A stretch of DNA of 64,000 nucleotides, taken from positions 163,220-227,219 of the forward strand of contig BPGA01000001.1 of assembly GCA_026002795.1 (NCBI GenBank), read 5' to 3'. This document shows, piece after piece, positions 9,301-18,757 of this stretch. The notes beneath the pieces were generated by a model. It was given only the letters and a program-made list of their open reading frames with translations. It had not been told where the DNA came from and made no database searches. Numbering within the stretch: the stretch's first letter is position 1; each line of letters opens with the position of its first letter. The stretch is from Candidatus Pacearchaeota archaeon (GTDB lineage Archaea > Nanobdellota > Nanobdellia > Pacearchaeales > GW2011-AR1). A program made the position numbers and the translations under genes.

Positions 9301-10212
9301 ATGGTATTAGACTTAAGAAGACATAGCAAAAGTGATTTATTAAGTTATTTATCTCTTGTTAGTATAAACTCTTTTGATGAAGGAGGATATAGGCCTATAA
9401 GATTATTAAGGTTTTCTAGATATGTTAATTATAATCAAGACACTATCTTCAGTTTGGTGAATTATGCTGGGAAGGTTGAAGGTGATCAGTTTAGTTGTAT
9501 CGGTTTGGTGAACCATGCTAGAGAAGTTGGAATTAATCAGGTCAGTTTTTTGGGTTTGGTGAATTATGCTAGAGAGGTTGGAGGTAAGCAGGTTGGTCTC
9601 TTCAGTTTGGTGAATTATGCTAGAGAAGTTGAAGGTGATCAGGGTTGTTTGTTGGGTTTGGTGAATTGTGCTGGAGAAGTGGGAGGTGATCAGATTGGTG
9701 GTATCATCGGTTTGGTGAATTATGCTAGAGAAGTTGAAGGTGATCAGGGTTGTTTGTTGGGTTTGGTGAATTGTGCTGGAGAAGTGGGAGGTGATCAGAT
9801 TGGTGGTGTTAGTTTGGTGAATATTCAAACAAAAAATAGAAAGGCTAGGCAAAGGGGGTGTCTTTTAAGGTATAATCCATTAGAGAAAATTGGTTTTGGT
9901 TCTAGTGTTTGGTCAAAGATAGAAAAAGCTGAAATGTATTTAGATTCTAAAAAAGAAGAATTCACTCATGAAGATTATAAAAGTTTTTTAGAATCTTTAG
10001 TTCGTGAAGGACCTACATTAAGAAAAAGAATTACAGGTCACTGGACATATTCAGATATTTTATCAAGACAGGCAAAGAGAAGACTTAGGAGTTTGTCAAA
10101 TAGTCAAAGAGAACAACATAAAGATATTGAGGTAAAGATTATAAATAAGGAGATTAAAAATAAGGACAAATTTAAGATTTATGAATATGTTGGAGGATTA
10201 CGTAACGAGTAA
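9301..10212 (+). CDS. tandem-repeat protein (about seven 20-aa LVNYAREVxGDQ repeats), hypothetical
   Basis: Repeats GLVNYAREVEGDQGCLL / GLVNCAGEVGGDQIGG from aa ~48 to ~183, then a Lys/Arg-rich C-terminus. Confidence 0.6.
   Translation: MVLDLRRHSKSDLLSYLSLVSINSFDEGGYRPIRLLRFSRYVNYNQDTIFSLVNYAGKVEGDQFSCIGLVNHAREVGINQVSFLGLVNYAREVGGKQVGLFSLVNYAREVEGDQGCLLGLVNCAGEVGGDQIGGIIGLVNYAREVEGDQGCLLGLVNCAGEVGGDQIGGVSLVNIQTKNRKARQRGCLLRYNPLEKIGFGSSVWSKIEKAEMYLDSKKEEFTHEDYKSFLESLVREGPTLRKRITGHWTYSDILSRQAKRRLRSLSNSQREQHKDIEVKIINKEIKNKDKFKIYEYVGGLRNE
9440..9850. repeat. 60-nt periodic coding repeat array, including an exact 98-bp unit duplicated at 105-bp spacing (9605-9702 and 9710-9807)
   Basis: Direct comparison shows both 98-nt copies identical; underlying ~60-nt sub-repeats gtttggtgaattatgctagagaagttg... 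Confidence 0.85.
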
Positions 10213-10261
10213 GGACAAATAATATAAAATCATTTAAAAACACTTCTTTCTTTTTATTTAT

Positions 10262-10807
10262 ATGGATTTAGATAAAGCAATAAAAACACGAAGAAGTATA
10301 AGAAAATTTTCAAAAGAAAAGCCAGACTGGAGAAAGATTATTGAAGCAATAGATGCAACAAGATATGTTCCATTAGCTGGAAAAAATTTCACAATGAAGT
10401 TTATAGTTGTTTCTGATAAGAAGAAAATAGAAGAAATCGCAAACTTTTGCCAGCAAGATTTTATTAAAGAAGTATTTTATGTTGTAGTCGCTTGCTCAAA
10501 CTACTCAAGGCTTACAAATTTGTTTGGAGAAAAAGGTGAAGTATATGGAAGACAGCAAGCAGGAGCTGCAATACAAAACTTTTTATTAAAATTGAATGAT
10601 TTAGGGCTTTCAACTTGTTGGGTAGGTCATTTTTTAGAGGATTCTCTAAAAAAACTTCTTAAGATTCCTCAAGAAGTAACAATCGAGGCTATCTTTCCTA
10701 TAGGTTTTAGTTCTGAAAAAAAGCAAAAAGATAAAGAAAAGTTAAGAATTGAACTTGAAAGAATTCTTTATTTTGATGAATATGGAAAAGAAACAATGAA
10801 AAAATAA
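10262..10807 (+). CDS. nitroreductase family protein
   Basis: N-terminal AIKTRRSIRKF nitroreductase signature, ~180 aa. Confidence 0.8.
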   Translation: MDLDKAIKTRRSIRKFSKEKPDWRKIIEAIDATRYVPLAGKNFTMKFIVVSDKKKIEEIANFCQQDFIKEVFYVVVACSNYSRLTNLFGEKGEVYGRQQAGAAIQNFLLKLNDLGLSTCWVGHFLEDSLKKLLKIPQEVTIEAIFPIGFSSEKKQKDKEKLRIELERILYFDEYGKETMKK

Positions 10808-10818
10808 AAAAAGAAAAA

Positions 10819-10835
10819 GGGCGCTTTTAGCGCCC
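10819..10835. terminator. GC hairpin (GGGCGC-tttta-GCGCCC) between convergent nitroreductase and ftsZ genes; T-run follows on minus strand
   Basis: Perfect 6-bp stem with 5-nt loop; flanked by A-run on plus strand and T-run on minus strand. Confidence 0.55.
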
Positions 10836-10860
10836 GAAAAAAATTCTAAAAAATTAAAGA

Positions 10861-12003
10861 TTACTTCCAGACTTGTATACCCAAATCAGAAACTTCTTTT
10901 GAAATCGAAGCAGGTGATTCTTCAAGTTGCTTTCCAAGAACATATGGGCTTTTAACACCAGTCATTATTGTAATAACTCTAACTTTACCTGTAAACTCTT
11001 TGTTAATTCTTGCTCCAATAATAACATTTGCTTCAGGACTCAAATTTTCTGAAACAATCCTACCGATGTTATCAAATTCTTCAAGTTTTAAATCAGGACC
11101 ACAAGTAACGTGTATTAAAGCGCCAGTAGCACCTTGATAATCCACATCAAGTAGAGGATGAGTCAAGGCCTGTCTGACTGCTTCATTTACACGATCTGTT
11201 GTGTCACTTTCTCCGATACCGATAACAGCAACACCACCACCTTTCATTATTGCAGAAACATCTGCATAATCAAGGTTAATTAAGCTTGGTAGTGTTATTG
11301 TTTCAACAATCCCTTTTATCATTGTGCTTACAAGCTCATTTGCAACAGCAAATGCTTGTTCAATAGGAAGTTGTCCTGCTATGTCAACAAGCTTATTGTT
11401 GTCTAAAACAATTGTTGTGTCTGTAACTTCTCTCAATTCTTGCAAACCAAATTCTGCTTTGTCTATTCTTGCTTTTTCTGATTCAAATGGCATTGTTACA
11501 ACACCAATAACAACAGCTCCTGCTTCTTTTGCAAGCTGAGCAACTACTGGTGCTGAACCTGTTCCTGTTCCTCCTCCAAGTCCGCACAAAACAAAGCACA
11601 TGTCTGCTCCAGAAACAGCTTTTTTAAGCTCTACTATGGCTTCTTTTGCTGCCTCTCTTCCAATTTTTGGTTTTCCACCTGCACCTAGCCCTCTAGTTAA
11701 CTCTTTCCCCAGAAGAATTTTTTCATCAGCTTTTGAAACACTTAAATGAAGAGCGTCTGTATTAACAGCATAAACTGTAGCTCCATTAATTCCTTTATTG
11801 TAGAGCCAGGTAACCATGTTACATCCACAACCCCCAGTTCCAACAACTTTTATAGAAGCTTTTCCTGCTTTCAATTCATCAAAATTAATGCTGTGTGTAG
11901 CTGCGTTCTGAATTGCTTCTTTTGCAAAATCTAATACCATGTTTCTCAACCTCCTTTCATCTTTATTTAAAATCTGCAATGCAGATTTTATTGAAGAGTG
12001 CAA
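10861..12003 (-). CDS. ftsZ: cell division GTPase FtsZ
   Basis: Tubulin signature GGGTGTG ([12 protein letters not shown]), T7 loop NLDYADV region. Confidence 0.93.
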   Translation of the reverse strand: MHSSIKSALQILNKDERRLRNMVLDFAKEAIQNAATHSINFDELKAGKASIKVVGTGGCGCNMVTWLYNKGINGATVYAVNTDALHLSVSKADEKILLGKELTRGLGAGGKPKIGREAAKEAIVELKKAVSGADMCFVLCGLGGGTGTGSAPVVAQLAKEAGAVVIGVVTMPFESEKARIDKAEFGLQELREVTDTTIVLDNNKLVDIAGQLPIEQAFAVANELVSTMIKGIVETITLPSLINLDYADVSAIMKGGGVAVIGIGESDTTDRVNEAVRQALTHPLLDVDYQGATGALIHVTCGPDLKLEEFDNIGRIVSENLSPEANVIIGARINKEFTGKVRVITIMTGVKSPYVLGKQLEESPASISKEVSDLGIQVWK

Positions 12004-12070
12004 ATTTTTACCGAAAGGTTTATATAGTTGACACTCTTCATACTATCACCTAAGAATTCATTTCAAGATA

Positions 12071-12098
12071 ATTTATTCAATCCCCCAATTGAATAAAT
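12071..12098. promoter_or_regulatory. perfect 11-bp inverted repeat (atttattcaat-ccccca-attgaataaat) ~70-95 bp upstream of ftsZ start
   Basis: Read directly from sequence; arms are exact reverse complements. Confidence 0.4.
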
Positions 12099-12230
12099 AT
12101 TAATATATTGAAAGGTTAAAGTGCTTTTTCTTTAAAAATATTTCTGTGATTAGAAAAATTTTATATAAAATATTTTTTAAAGAAAAAATTTAAGATTTTT
12201 AATAAATTATTATTTTTTAGTGGTGTTTTT

Positions 12231-12905
12231 TTAATCTTTCTCTAAAATTTCGGTTTGGATTTCAGACTCTTTACATAATTCACAAAATTCTTTTGCATCT
12301 TCTTCACTGCCAATTATGCTTCCCCAATGCATAGGAATTGCGATTGTTGGTTTTATTATTTTAGCTGCTTCTGCTGCTTCATCTGCAGACATTGTAAATC
12401 TTCCTCCAACAGGAAGCAAAGCTATAAAAGTTTTTCCTTGTTGTTTATGTCCTGTGAGTTTTTGCATTTCTGGAATTAAATCAGTGTCTCCAGCATGATA
12501 AATTATTACTTCTTTTATTTTTATTACATAACCAACCCAAGAAGATTCTTTTGGATGAAATGTTTTGTCAGTATTGTAGGCTGGAACAGAAATTACTCTA
12601 AAATCTTGAAAATCTTTTTCCATGTCAGGACCTATTATTTCAACTTCTACTTTTTCTTCAATTTTTGAAAGAATACTTTGACAATCGGCAGGAGAAATTA
12701 TTTTCGTTCCTTCTTTTACAATTTTTTTCAAATCTATTAAGCTACAATGATCATAATGGTTGTGTGTTATAAAAATAAAATCAGCTTTTTCTAGATTATC
12801 TCTCAAATTATAAGGATCTACATAAATTATTTTATTTTTATCTTCTATTTTTATTAAAAAAGATGCGTGACCAAGCCACCTTAATTCTAAACCATTTATT
12901 TTCAT
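12231..12905 (-). CDS. MBL-fold metal-dependent hydrolase (UPF0173-like)
   Basis: HxHxDH motif ITHNHYDHCS, conserved C-terminal PMHWG. Confidence 0.8.
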   Translation of the reverse strand: MKINGLELRWLGHASFLIKIEDKNKIIYVDPYNLRDNLEKADFIFITHNHYDHCSLIDLKKIVKEGTKIISPADCQSILSKIEEKVEVEIIGPDMEKDFQDFRVISVPAYNTDKTFHPKESSWVGYVIKIKEVIIYHAGDTDLIPEMQKLTGHKQQGKTFIALLPVGGRFTMSADEAAEAAKIIKPTIAIPMHWGSIIGSEEDAKEFCELCKESEIQTEILEKD

Positions 12906-13086
12906 AAGAAAGAAAAAAAGTAAAAGTTTTTAAGAGTTTTGATAGTTTTTCAAAAAAATGAAAAATTTAATGGATTTTTTAAAGTTAATCAAGTTATCTG
13001 AAAATTTTATTAAGATTTTATTAAGGTTATAAATAAGATAAGTGAAAATAAAAAAACATAAAAAAGAATTAGAAAAAAATTAAAGA

Positions 13087-13242
13087 TTACCACTCTTCAT
13101 CTTCATACTCTTCATCGTCAGAATCTTCATCTTCATACTCATCGTCGTAGTCGTCATCAAAATCTTCTTCATCGTCTTCATCTAAATTTTCGTCTTCTTC
13201 GTCTGTGTCTTCTTCAAATTCTTCATCAAAATCTCTAGGCAT
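13087..13242 (-). CDS. small hyper-acidic protein (51 aa; MPRDFDEEFEEDTDEEDENLDEDDEEDFDDDYDDEYEDEDSDDEEYEDEEW)
   Basis: Manual minus-strand translation; GGAGGT 4 nt upstream of ATG; below ORF-track length cutoff. Confidence 0.4.
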   Translation of the reverse strand: MPRDFDEEFEEDTDEEDENLDEDDEEDFDDDYDDEYEDEDSDDEEYEDEEW

Positions 13243-13519
13243 TTTACCTCCTTATTTTTGATAAAATTCAGAAGAATTAACCTTTTTAAATTTTTTGATT
13301 TTTTGTTAACATATTTTTGTAAAGAATAAATCAAGAGGAGATTGTTATTTGTTATTATATGATTAAATCTAAAATATTAGAAATTTAAACTTAATATTTT
13401 TCTTAATAGAAAAATTTTTAGAAAAATACTTAGAAAAGAAACACTTTATCAAAAAAATAAGCAAAAAGATTTCGCCTTACAAATTAATTCAAGAGATTAA
13501 TTTATAAAGATTAATCGTT

Positions 13520-14818
13520 TTAAGGCCTCCATCTTGAAATTGTTCTCGGAAATGCTATAGCGTCTTTTATATCATCAAGACCACAAATCCATTTAATGAG
13601 TCTTTCTGTTCCTAAACCAAACCCTCCGTGAGGAATTGCACCATAAGAATGTATATCTAAATAGTAAAAGTAATCTTCTATTTTTTCTCCTTTCTTTTTT
13701 AAAGATTTTTTAAGTTCTTCTATGTTTGTTTCTCTAACACTTCCTCCTATAATTTCGTGGTTATTTTCGGGAGCTAGAAGATCAAAACATAAAGCTGTTT
13801 TAGGGTTTTTAGGATCTCTCGGCTTATAAAATGCCATTATTTCTTTAGGATAATTTGTTACAAAAACAGGTGTATCATAATCTTCCATAAATTTTTCTTC
13901 TTCTATTGTTCTTAGATCTTTCCCCCATGGTACATTTATTCCTTTATTTTTTAAGATTTTAAGAACGTCATCATACCTAATTCTAGGAAACTTTTTTTTA
14001 AGGCTTGGTTCTAATTTTTTAATGTCTCTTTTCAAAATTTCAAGTTCTTTTCTATTTTTTTCTAAAACTCTTTTTATAACATGCTTAATCATTTCTTCAG
14101 CATAATCCATCAATTCATCAAGATCAGCCCATGCAACTTCCATTTCTGTGTGCCAGTACTCGGCAAGATGTCTATTTGTCTTTGATTTTTCTGCTCTAAA
14201 ACTTGGAGCAACACAATAAATTTTTTCTAAAGAATACATTGCTGCTTCTGCATAAAGTTGCCATGTTTGAGTTAAATACATCTTTCTACCAAAGTAATTA
14301 ACTTCAAAAAGAGTTGGGCCCTCTTCTGCACCTCCCGGAATTATTATAGGAGATTGAAATTCGTAAAAACCTTTGCTTCTAAAATATTCGTGTAAAGCAC
14401 CAATAACTGTACTTCTAATTTTCAGTATAGAATTCATCTTCCTGCTTCTCAACCATAAATGTCTTCGATCACCTAAAAGCTCTTCATTTAATGTTTTTTG
14501 TATTGGGAAATTCTCGCTCTTGCCGACAATTTCGATTTCGTCAACATTAATTTCATAACCTGTTGGAGCTCTTTTGTCTTTTTTAATCTCTCCAGTTATT
14601 TTTAAAGAAGTTTCAATTTGAATTTTATCAATTTCTTTCCATTGTCTTTCAAATTTTTTTCTTTCTAAAACACATTGAATAATATCTGAAGCATCTCTTA
14701 AAATTATAAATTTAAACTCATTACTACCTCTTTCTCTGTAAACCCAACCACGAACAGAGACCTTTCCTTTTCCTTTTTTTATTGCTTCTTCTATTAATAT
14801 AAACTTTTTATCTTCCAT
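13520..14818 (-). CDS. asnS: asparaginyl-tRNA synthetase (class IIb)
   Basis: N-terminal OB anticodon-binding domain, motif 2 FRAEKSKTNRHLAEYWHTEME, motif 3 GGFGLGTERL, C-terminal AFPRT (Asn-type rather than Asp-type FPRD...RLTP). Confidence 0.7.
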   Translation of the reverse strand: MEDKKFILIEEAIKKGKGKVSVRGWVYRERGSNEFKFIILRDASDIIQCVLERKKFERQWKEIDKIQIETSLKITGEIKKDKRAPTGYEINVDEIEIVGKSENFPIQKTLNEELLGDRRHLWLRSRKMNSILKIRSTVIGALHEYFRSKGFYEFQSPIIIPGGAEEGPTLFEVNYFGRKMYLTQTWQLYAEAAMYSLEKIYCVAPSFRAEKSKTNRHLAEYWHTEMEVAWADLDELMDYAEEMIKHVIKRVLEKNRKELEILKRDIKKLEPSLKKKFPRIRYDDVLKILKNKGINVPWGKDLRTIEEEKFMEDYDTPVFVTNYPKEIMAFYKPRDPKNPKTALCFDLLAPENNHEIIGGSVRETNIEELKKSLKKKGEKIEDYFYYLDIHSYGAIPHGGFGLGTERLIKWICGLDDIKDAIAFPRTISRWRP

Positions 14819-14822
14819 TTTT

Positions 14823-16109
14823 TTAAGGAGTTAGTCTTTTTGAATCTCTTGGAAATAATGTAGCTTCTCTAATATTTTCTAAATTTAATATTGATTGAGT
14901 AAATCTTTCTAAACCAATACTCCATCCAGAGTGTTCTGGAGCACCATATTTAAATGCATCGATATACCATTTAAAGTTTTTAGGATCTAATCCTTTGTTT
15001 TTTATCTGTTTTTCTAGTATCTCTGGAATATGAATTCTTTGACCACCAGAAGAAATTTCTAATCCATTAAATAAAGCATCAAAACCTGCAGACACATTCT
15101 TATTTTTGTCTTTAGGCCAAATGTAAAAAGGCTTTAGGTCAATTGGCCATTCATAAGTAAAAATTATTGTATTTGGAAACATCTCACATAGTTTTCTCTC
15201 TGCCTCTGGAGAAAAATCCTCTCCTTCTTCTATTTTAAAATTATTTTTTTTAAGTAGTGTTATCGCCTCTTTATATCTTAAGTATTTTACTTTTGGAATA
15301 TCTAATTTTATATTTAAAATTTCAAGTTCTTTTTTATTTTTCTCAATAACCCTTTTCATTATAAATTTTACCACACTCTCGAGATATTTCATTACATCTA
15401 AGTCATTTGAAAAAGCAACTTCAATATCAAGCTGTCTTATCTCATTTATATGCCTAGAGGTATCATGTTTTTCAGCTCTCCATACTGCTCCGGTTGAAAA
15501 AACTTTTTCTAACGAAATAGCCATTAGTTGTTTGTAAAGTTGAGGACTTTGCGCAAGATAAGCTTTTTTTCCAAAATAATTTACTTCAAAAAGTTCTGTC
15601 CCACCTTCTGTAGATGTTGCAATGATTGCTGGTGTTTGTATTTCTATAAAACCCTTATTATAAAAAAATTCTCGAAAAGAGTTTATTATTGTTGATTGAA
15701 TTTTAAAAATAGAACTTATCTTTGGTTTTCTTACATCTAAATATCTAAAATCAAGTCTTCTTGATAAATCTGTTTTAGCGCCTTTATCATTAATTTGAAT
15801 TGGAATCTCTTCTGATTTATTTAAAATAGTTATATCAGATACTTCAACTTCTAAATTTTTTATAGTTAATTCTTTATTTGTAAGGTTTGCTTTTTTTACA
15901 GTTCCTTTTAAACTAACAACATCCTCAAGTTTTATCTCTTCTTTATTTTTTTCTTTAACAACTCCTTCTTTTAAAACACACTGGACTATTCCTGAAATAT
16001 CCCTGAGCAAAAAAAATTTTGTTTTTCCAAGTTCTCGAATATCATGAACCCATCCCTTAAGAAGAACTTTTTGATTTTCTTTTATTTCAGAAATATAAAT
16101 TCTCTCCAT
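14823..16109 (-). CDS. aspS: aspartyl-tRNA synthetase (archaeal/eukaryotic type)
   Basis: Class IIb motifs WRAEKHDTSRHINE, GGQRIH, C-terminal FPRDSKRLTP typical of archaeal AspRS. Confidence 0.7.
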   Translation of the reverse strand: MERIYISEIKENQKVLLKGWVHDIRELGKTKFFLLRDISGIVQCVLKEGVVKEKNKEEIKLEDVVSLKGTVKKANLTNKELTIKNLEVEVSDITILNKSEEIPIQINDKGAKTDLSRRLDFRYLDVRKPKISSIFKIQSTIINSFREFFYNKGFIEIQTPAIIATSTEGGTELFEVNYFGKKAYLAQSPQLYKQLMAISLEKVFSTGAVWRAEKHDTSRHINEIRQLDIEVAFSNDLDVMKYLESVVKFIMKRVIEKNKKELEILNIKLDIPKVKYLRYKEAITLLKKNNFKIEEGEDFSPEAERKLCEMFPNTIIFTYEWPIDLKPFYIWPKDKNKNVSAGFDALFNGLEISSGGQRIHIPEILEKQIKNKGLDPKNFKWYIDAFKYGAPEHSGWSIGLERFTQSILNLENIREATLFPRDSKRLTP

Positions 16110-16143
16110 AATTTAATATTTAAAGACAAGTTTATTAATTTAT

Positions 16144-16710
16144 TCATTGGATTTTTTCTGTGTTGTTATTATCTGAAACAAAAACAGCTGCTGCAACAAC
16201 TGTCGTCCAAAGTCCAGCTTTTCCTTCTGCTGATTGGGTTATGTTTCTTGTTTTTATTATTTTTCCTGACATCTTATAAACTTGTTCTCTTTCATCCCAA
16301 CCCATATTTTCATCAAATTCTATACCTAAAGTAGTAGCAAGCATACTAGCAGCTAAATCTTCAGCATAATCTCCTGCTGTCTCGGCTGTCTCTCCATATG
16401 TGTGGTGTTCAGATAGATAACCATACTGGTTTTCGTCGGAGGGAATAGCAACACCAATAGAAGAAGCAATAAGTCGATTGTTTTCATTTGTCTCTGCACG
16501 AGCCATAACACAATAAACAATTTCTCCTGGCTTTAGTTTTTTTAATCCTTCATCTTTTGAAATTATTTTACAATTTGGTGGAAAAATACTAGAGACAGTA
16601 ACGAGGTTAAACTTTTCTATTCCGGCATCTCTAAGAGCAAGTTCAAAACTAGCAAGTCTTTCTTTGTGCCTTCCAACTCCTTTTGTGAAAAATAATTTGT
16701 TTGGGACCAT
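16144..16710 (-). CDS. pdaD: pyruvoyl-dependent arginine decarboxylase
   Basis: [10 protein letters not shown]-terminus and VSSIFP self-cleavage region characteristic of PdaD. Confidence 0.85.
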   Translation of the reverse strand: MVPNKLFFTKGVGRHKERLASFELALRDAGIEKFNLVTVSSIFPPNCKIISKDEGLKKLKPGEIVYCVMARAETNENNRLIASSIGVAIPSDENQYGYLSEHHTYGETAETAGDYAEDLAASMLATTLGIEFDENMGWDEREQVYKMSGKIIKTRNITQSAEGKAGLWTTVVAAAVFVSDNNNTEKIQ

Positions 16711-16817
16711 CTATAAAATTAATTATAAAAATAGTTTCACTTTATTTTTAAGTTTTTCTTTTTTATATTTTTTAGAGAATAATAATACTTAAAAACAAAA
16801 AAATTTGAAAAGGTTTA

Positions 16818-17276
16818 ATGAATAGTTTAGAAAAAAAAGTTGAAGAATCTGGCTCTGTTTATACTGTTGAAGAATTAAAAGAAGCAGTATATTGGCTTTG
16901 TTTAAATTATGTTAGATGTGACGGTGCTATTTTAAGTAATCATCTTATTTCAGAAGCCTCTAAAAGATTTTCAAAAAGGTTTTATTTAAGATCAAAAAAT
17001 TTAATTAAACCAATAACACACAACCTTATAACAAATCTTTGTAGGCCATACTACAATGAAAGACTAAGAGAATTTCAGTATATTGTACTTTCTAATGCTA
17101 AATTTTTTATAGAGAAGATTTTTGAAAAAAATGGAAAAAAATTTAGTTTATATGTTCCAGATAACTTAAAAAGAGTTTTAATAATTTTCGAAAACGAGGA
17201 GAGTTTAATTAGATATGTAAATTCAAGAATTTGTCATTCTCATGATAATCTTTATGTTTTTAGATCTAAGTTTTGA
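16818..17276 (+). CDS. hypothetical protein
   Basis: 152-aa ORF with no recognisable motif; coding-like composition. Confidence 0.4.
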   Translation: MNSLEKKVEESGSVYTVEELKEAVYWLCLNYVRCDGAILSNHLISEASKRFSKRFYLRSKNLIKPITHNLITNLCRPYYNERLREFQYIVLSNAKFFIEKIFEKNGKKFSLYVPDNLKRVLIIFENEESLIRYVNSRICHSHDNLYVFRSKF

Positions 17277-18711
17277 AATGTTTTTTTAGTAAATCTGAAA
17301 TTTCTTTTCCAGAAAATTTTCCTTCAAATTTTTTCATTATTAAACCCATATAAGCATTAAAAGAAAGTCCTGGTTTCTGCTTTATAATTTTAATTATCTC
17401 TTCTTCAAGATTTTCTATTTCCTCAGGTTTGCTTTTTTTAATTATTAAATTTAAATCTTCTCCTTCTGCAATTTTCTCTAAAATATTTTTTATTTGTCCT
17501 TCTGAGATCACTCCTTTTTTAATGTTTTCAATTATGCTTGATAGAACATCCAAACTGAATTTCTTTTCTAAATTTTTTATTTTTTTCCTAGAAGATATCT
17601 CTTTAGGATAAATTAAAAGCATTTTAAAAATTAGTTTAGGATTGTAAAAAATTTTTGACAATTCTTTAAAATCTTCAAATTTTTTTTCTTTAAAGAGTAA
17701 AGAAACCATTTCTTGATTAAGTCCTTCGATTTTTTCTTCTTTTGGCTTTAAATTTTTTTTAGATTTGTTTATTATATCTCTAGAAATTTTCAGTAAAGGA
17801 AGATCTGTTTCTGGATACATTCTAGAAGGACCTGGCAATGGTCTTAAAAACTCTGATGTTCCGTCTGCAAGAACTTTTCTAACTTCTGGAGCGCTTTGAT
17901 TTTTTTTAATGAGGTCTAGCTGTCTTTTTACTTCTATTTCAATTGCTTTTTCTATATTTCTTATATCTTGAAATCCTTTAAGTTCTATTCTTGAACTGCC
18001 TTTAATTGAAAGATTTATGTCCTGTCTTATTGTGCCTATTCCTCTTTTTACTTTACATTTTCTTAGTATTTCTCCTATTTTTAGTGCTGTTTCTTTTGCT
18101 TGACTCGGATTTTTTATTTCTGCTTTTGTGGCTATTTCAACAAGAGGAATTCCAAGTCTGTCTAACCTATAAACAGCTACATTTCCTTCTTTTGAAATTA
18201 TTCTTGCTGAATCTTCTTCTAAACAAATTGTTGCTATGCCAACTTTTCCAAAACTAGTTTCGACAAATCCATCTTGCGCAATTAAAACAGTTCTCTGAAA
18301 ACCAGATGTGTTGCTACCATCAACTACAGTTTTCCTCATAATTTGAGTTATTGGTAAAATCTTTGCATTTAACATTAAAGATATTTGTAAAGCAATTTCA
18401 AGAGCCTCTTTATTTATTTCGTGTGGCGGCTCTTCATCAAGCTCAACTAAACAATTTGTATCTTTATAGGCTTCATAAATAAACTCTTTATCTAAACTTG
18501 CTTCATATTTAGCTGCAACATCTACCTCTCCAGATTCTCCAGCAACAAGGTGTAATTTTCTTTTTATTTTATAGTCTGCTTCATCTTTCCTTAAAATTGA
18601 TGGGCAGTTGCAAAAAAGTTTTTTGGTATCTAGTTGCTGATGTATTTCAAGACCACATTTCAAACCAATTTTTTCGTAATCTATTTCTTGAGGTTCTTGT
18701 ATTGATTCCAT
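17266..18711 (-). CDS. gatE: Glu-tRNA(Gln) amidotransferase subunit E
   Basis: GatB/E family start KCGLEIHQQLDTKKLFCNCPS, archaeal-specific GatE; partner gatD nearby. Confidence 0.8.
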   Translation of the reverse strand: MESIQEPQEIDYEKIGLKCGLEIHQQLDTKKLFCNCPSILRKDEADYKIKRKLHLVAGESGEVDVAAKYEASLDKEFIYEAYKDTNCLVELDEEPPHEINKEALEIALQISLMLNAKILPITQIMRKTVVDGSNTSGFQRTVLIAQDGFVETSFGKVGIATICLEEDSARIISKEGNVAVYRLDRLGIPLVEIATKAEIKNPSQAKETALKIGEILRKCKVKRGIGTIRQDINLSIKGSSRIELKGFQDIRNIEKAIEIEVKRQLDLIKKNQSAPEVRKVLADGTSEFLRPLPGPSRMYPETDLPLLKISRDIINKSKKNLKPKEEKIEGLNQEMVSLLFKEKKFEDFKELSKIFYNPKLIFKMLLIYPKEISSRKKIKNLEKKFSLDVLSSIIENIKKGVISEGQIKNILEKIAEGEDLNLIIKKSKPEEIENLEEEIIKIIKQKPGLSFNAYMGLIMKKFEGKFSGKEISDLLKKHFKT

Positions 18712-18757
18712 AATTTACTCAAGAAGAAAGGATTATTAAAATTAACTTATGCTAATT

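Noticed and set aside
9406-9852. 148-aa minus-strand ORF with its own 20-aa repeats
   Set aside because: It is the mirror image of the plus-strand repeat array. Tandem repeats keep both strands open. The plus-strand frame has the proper start, N- and C-terminal non-repeat regions.
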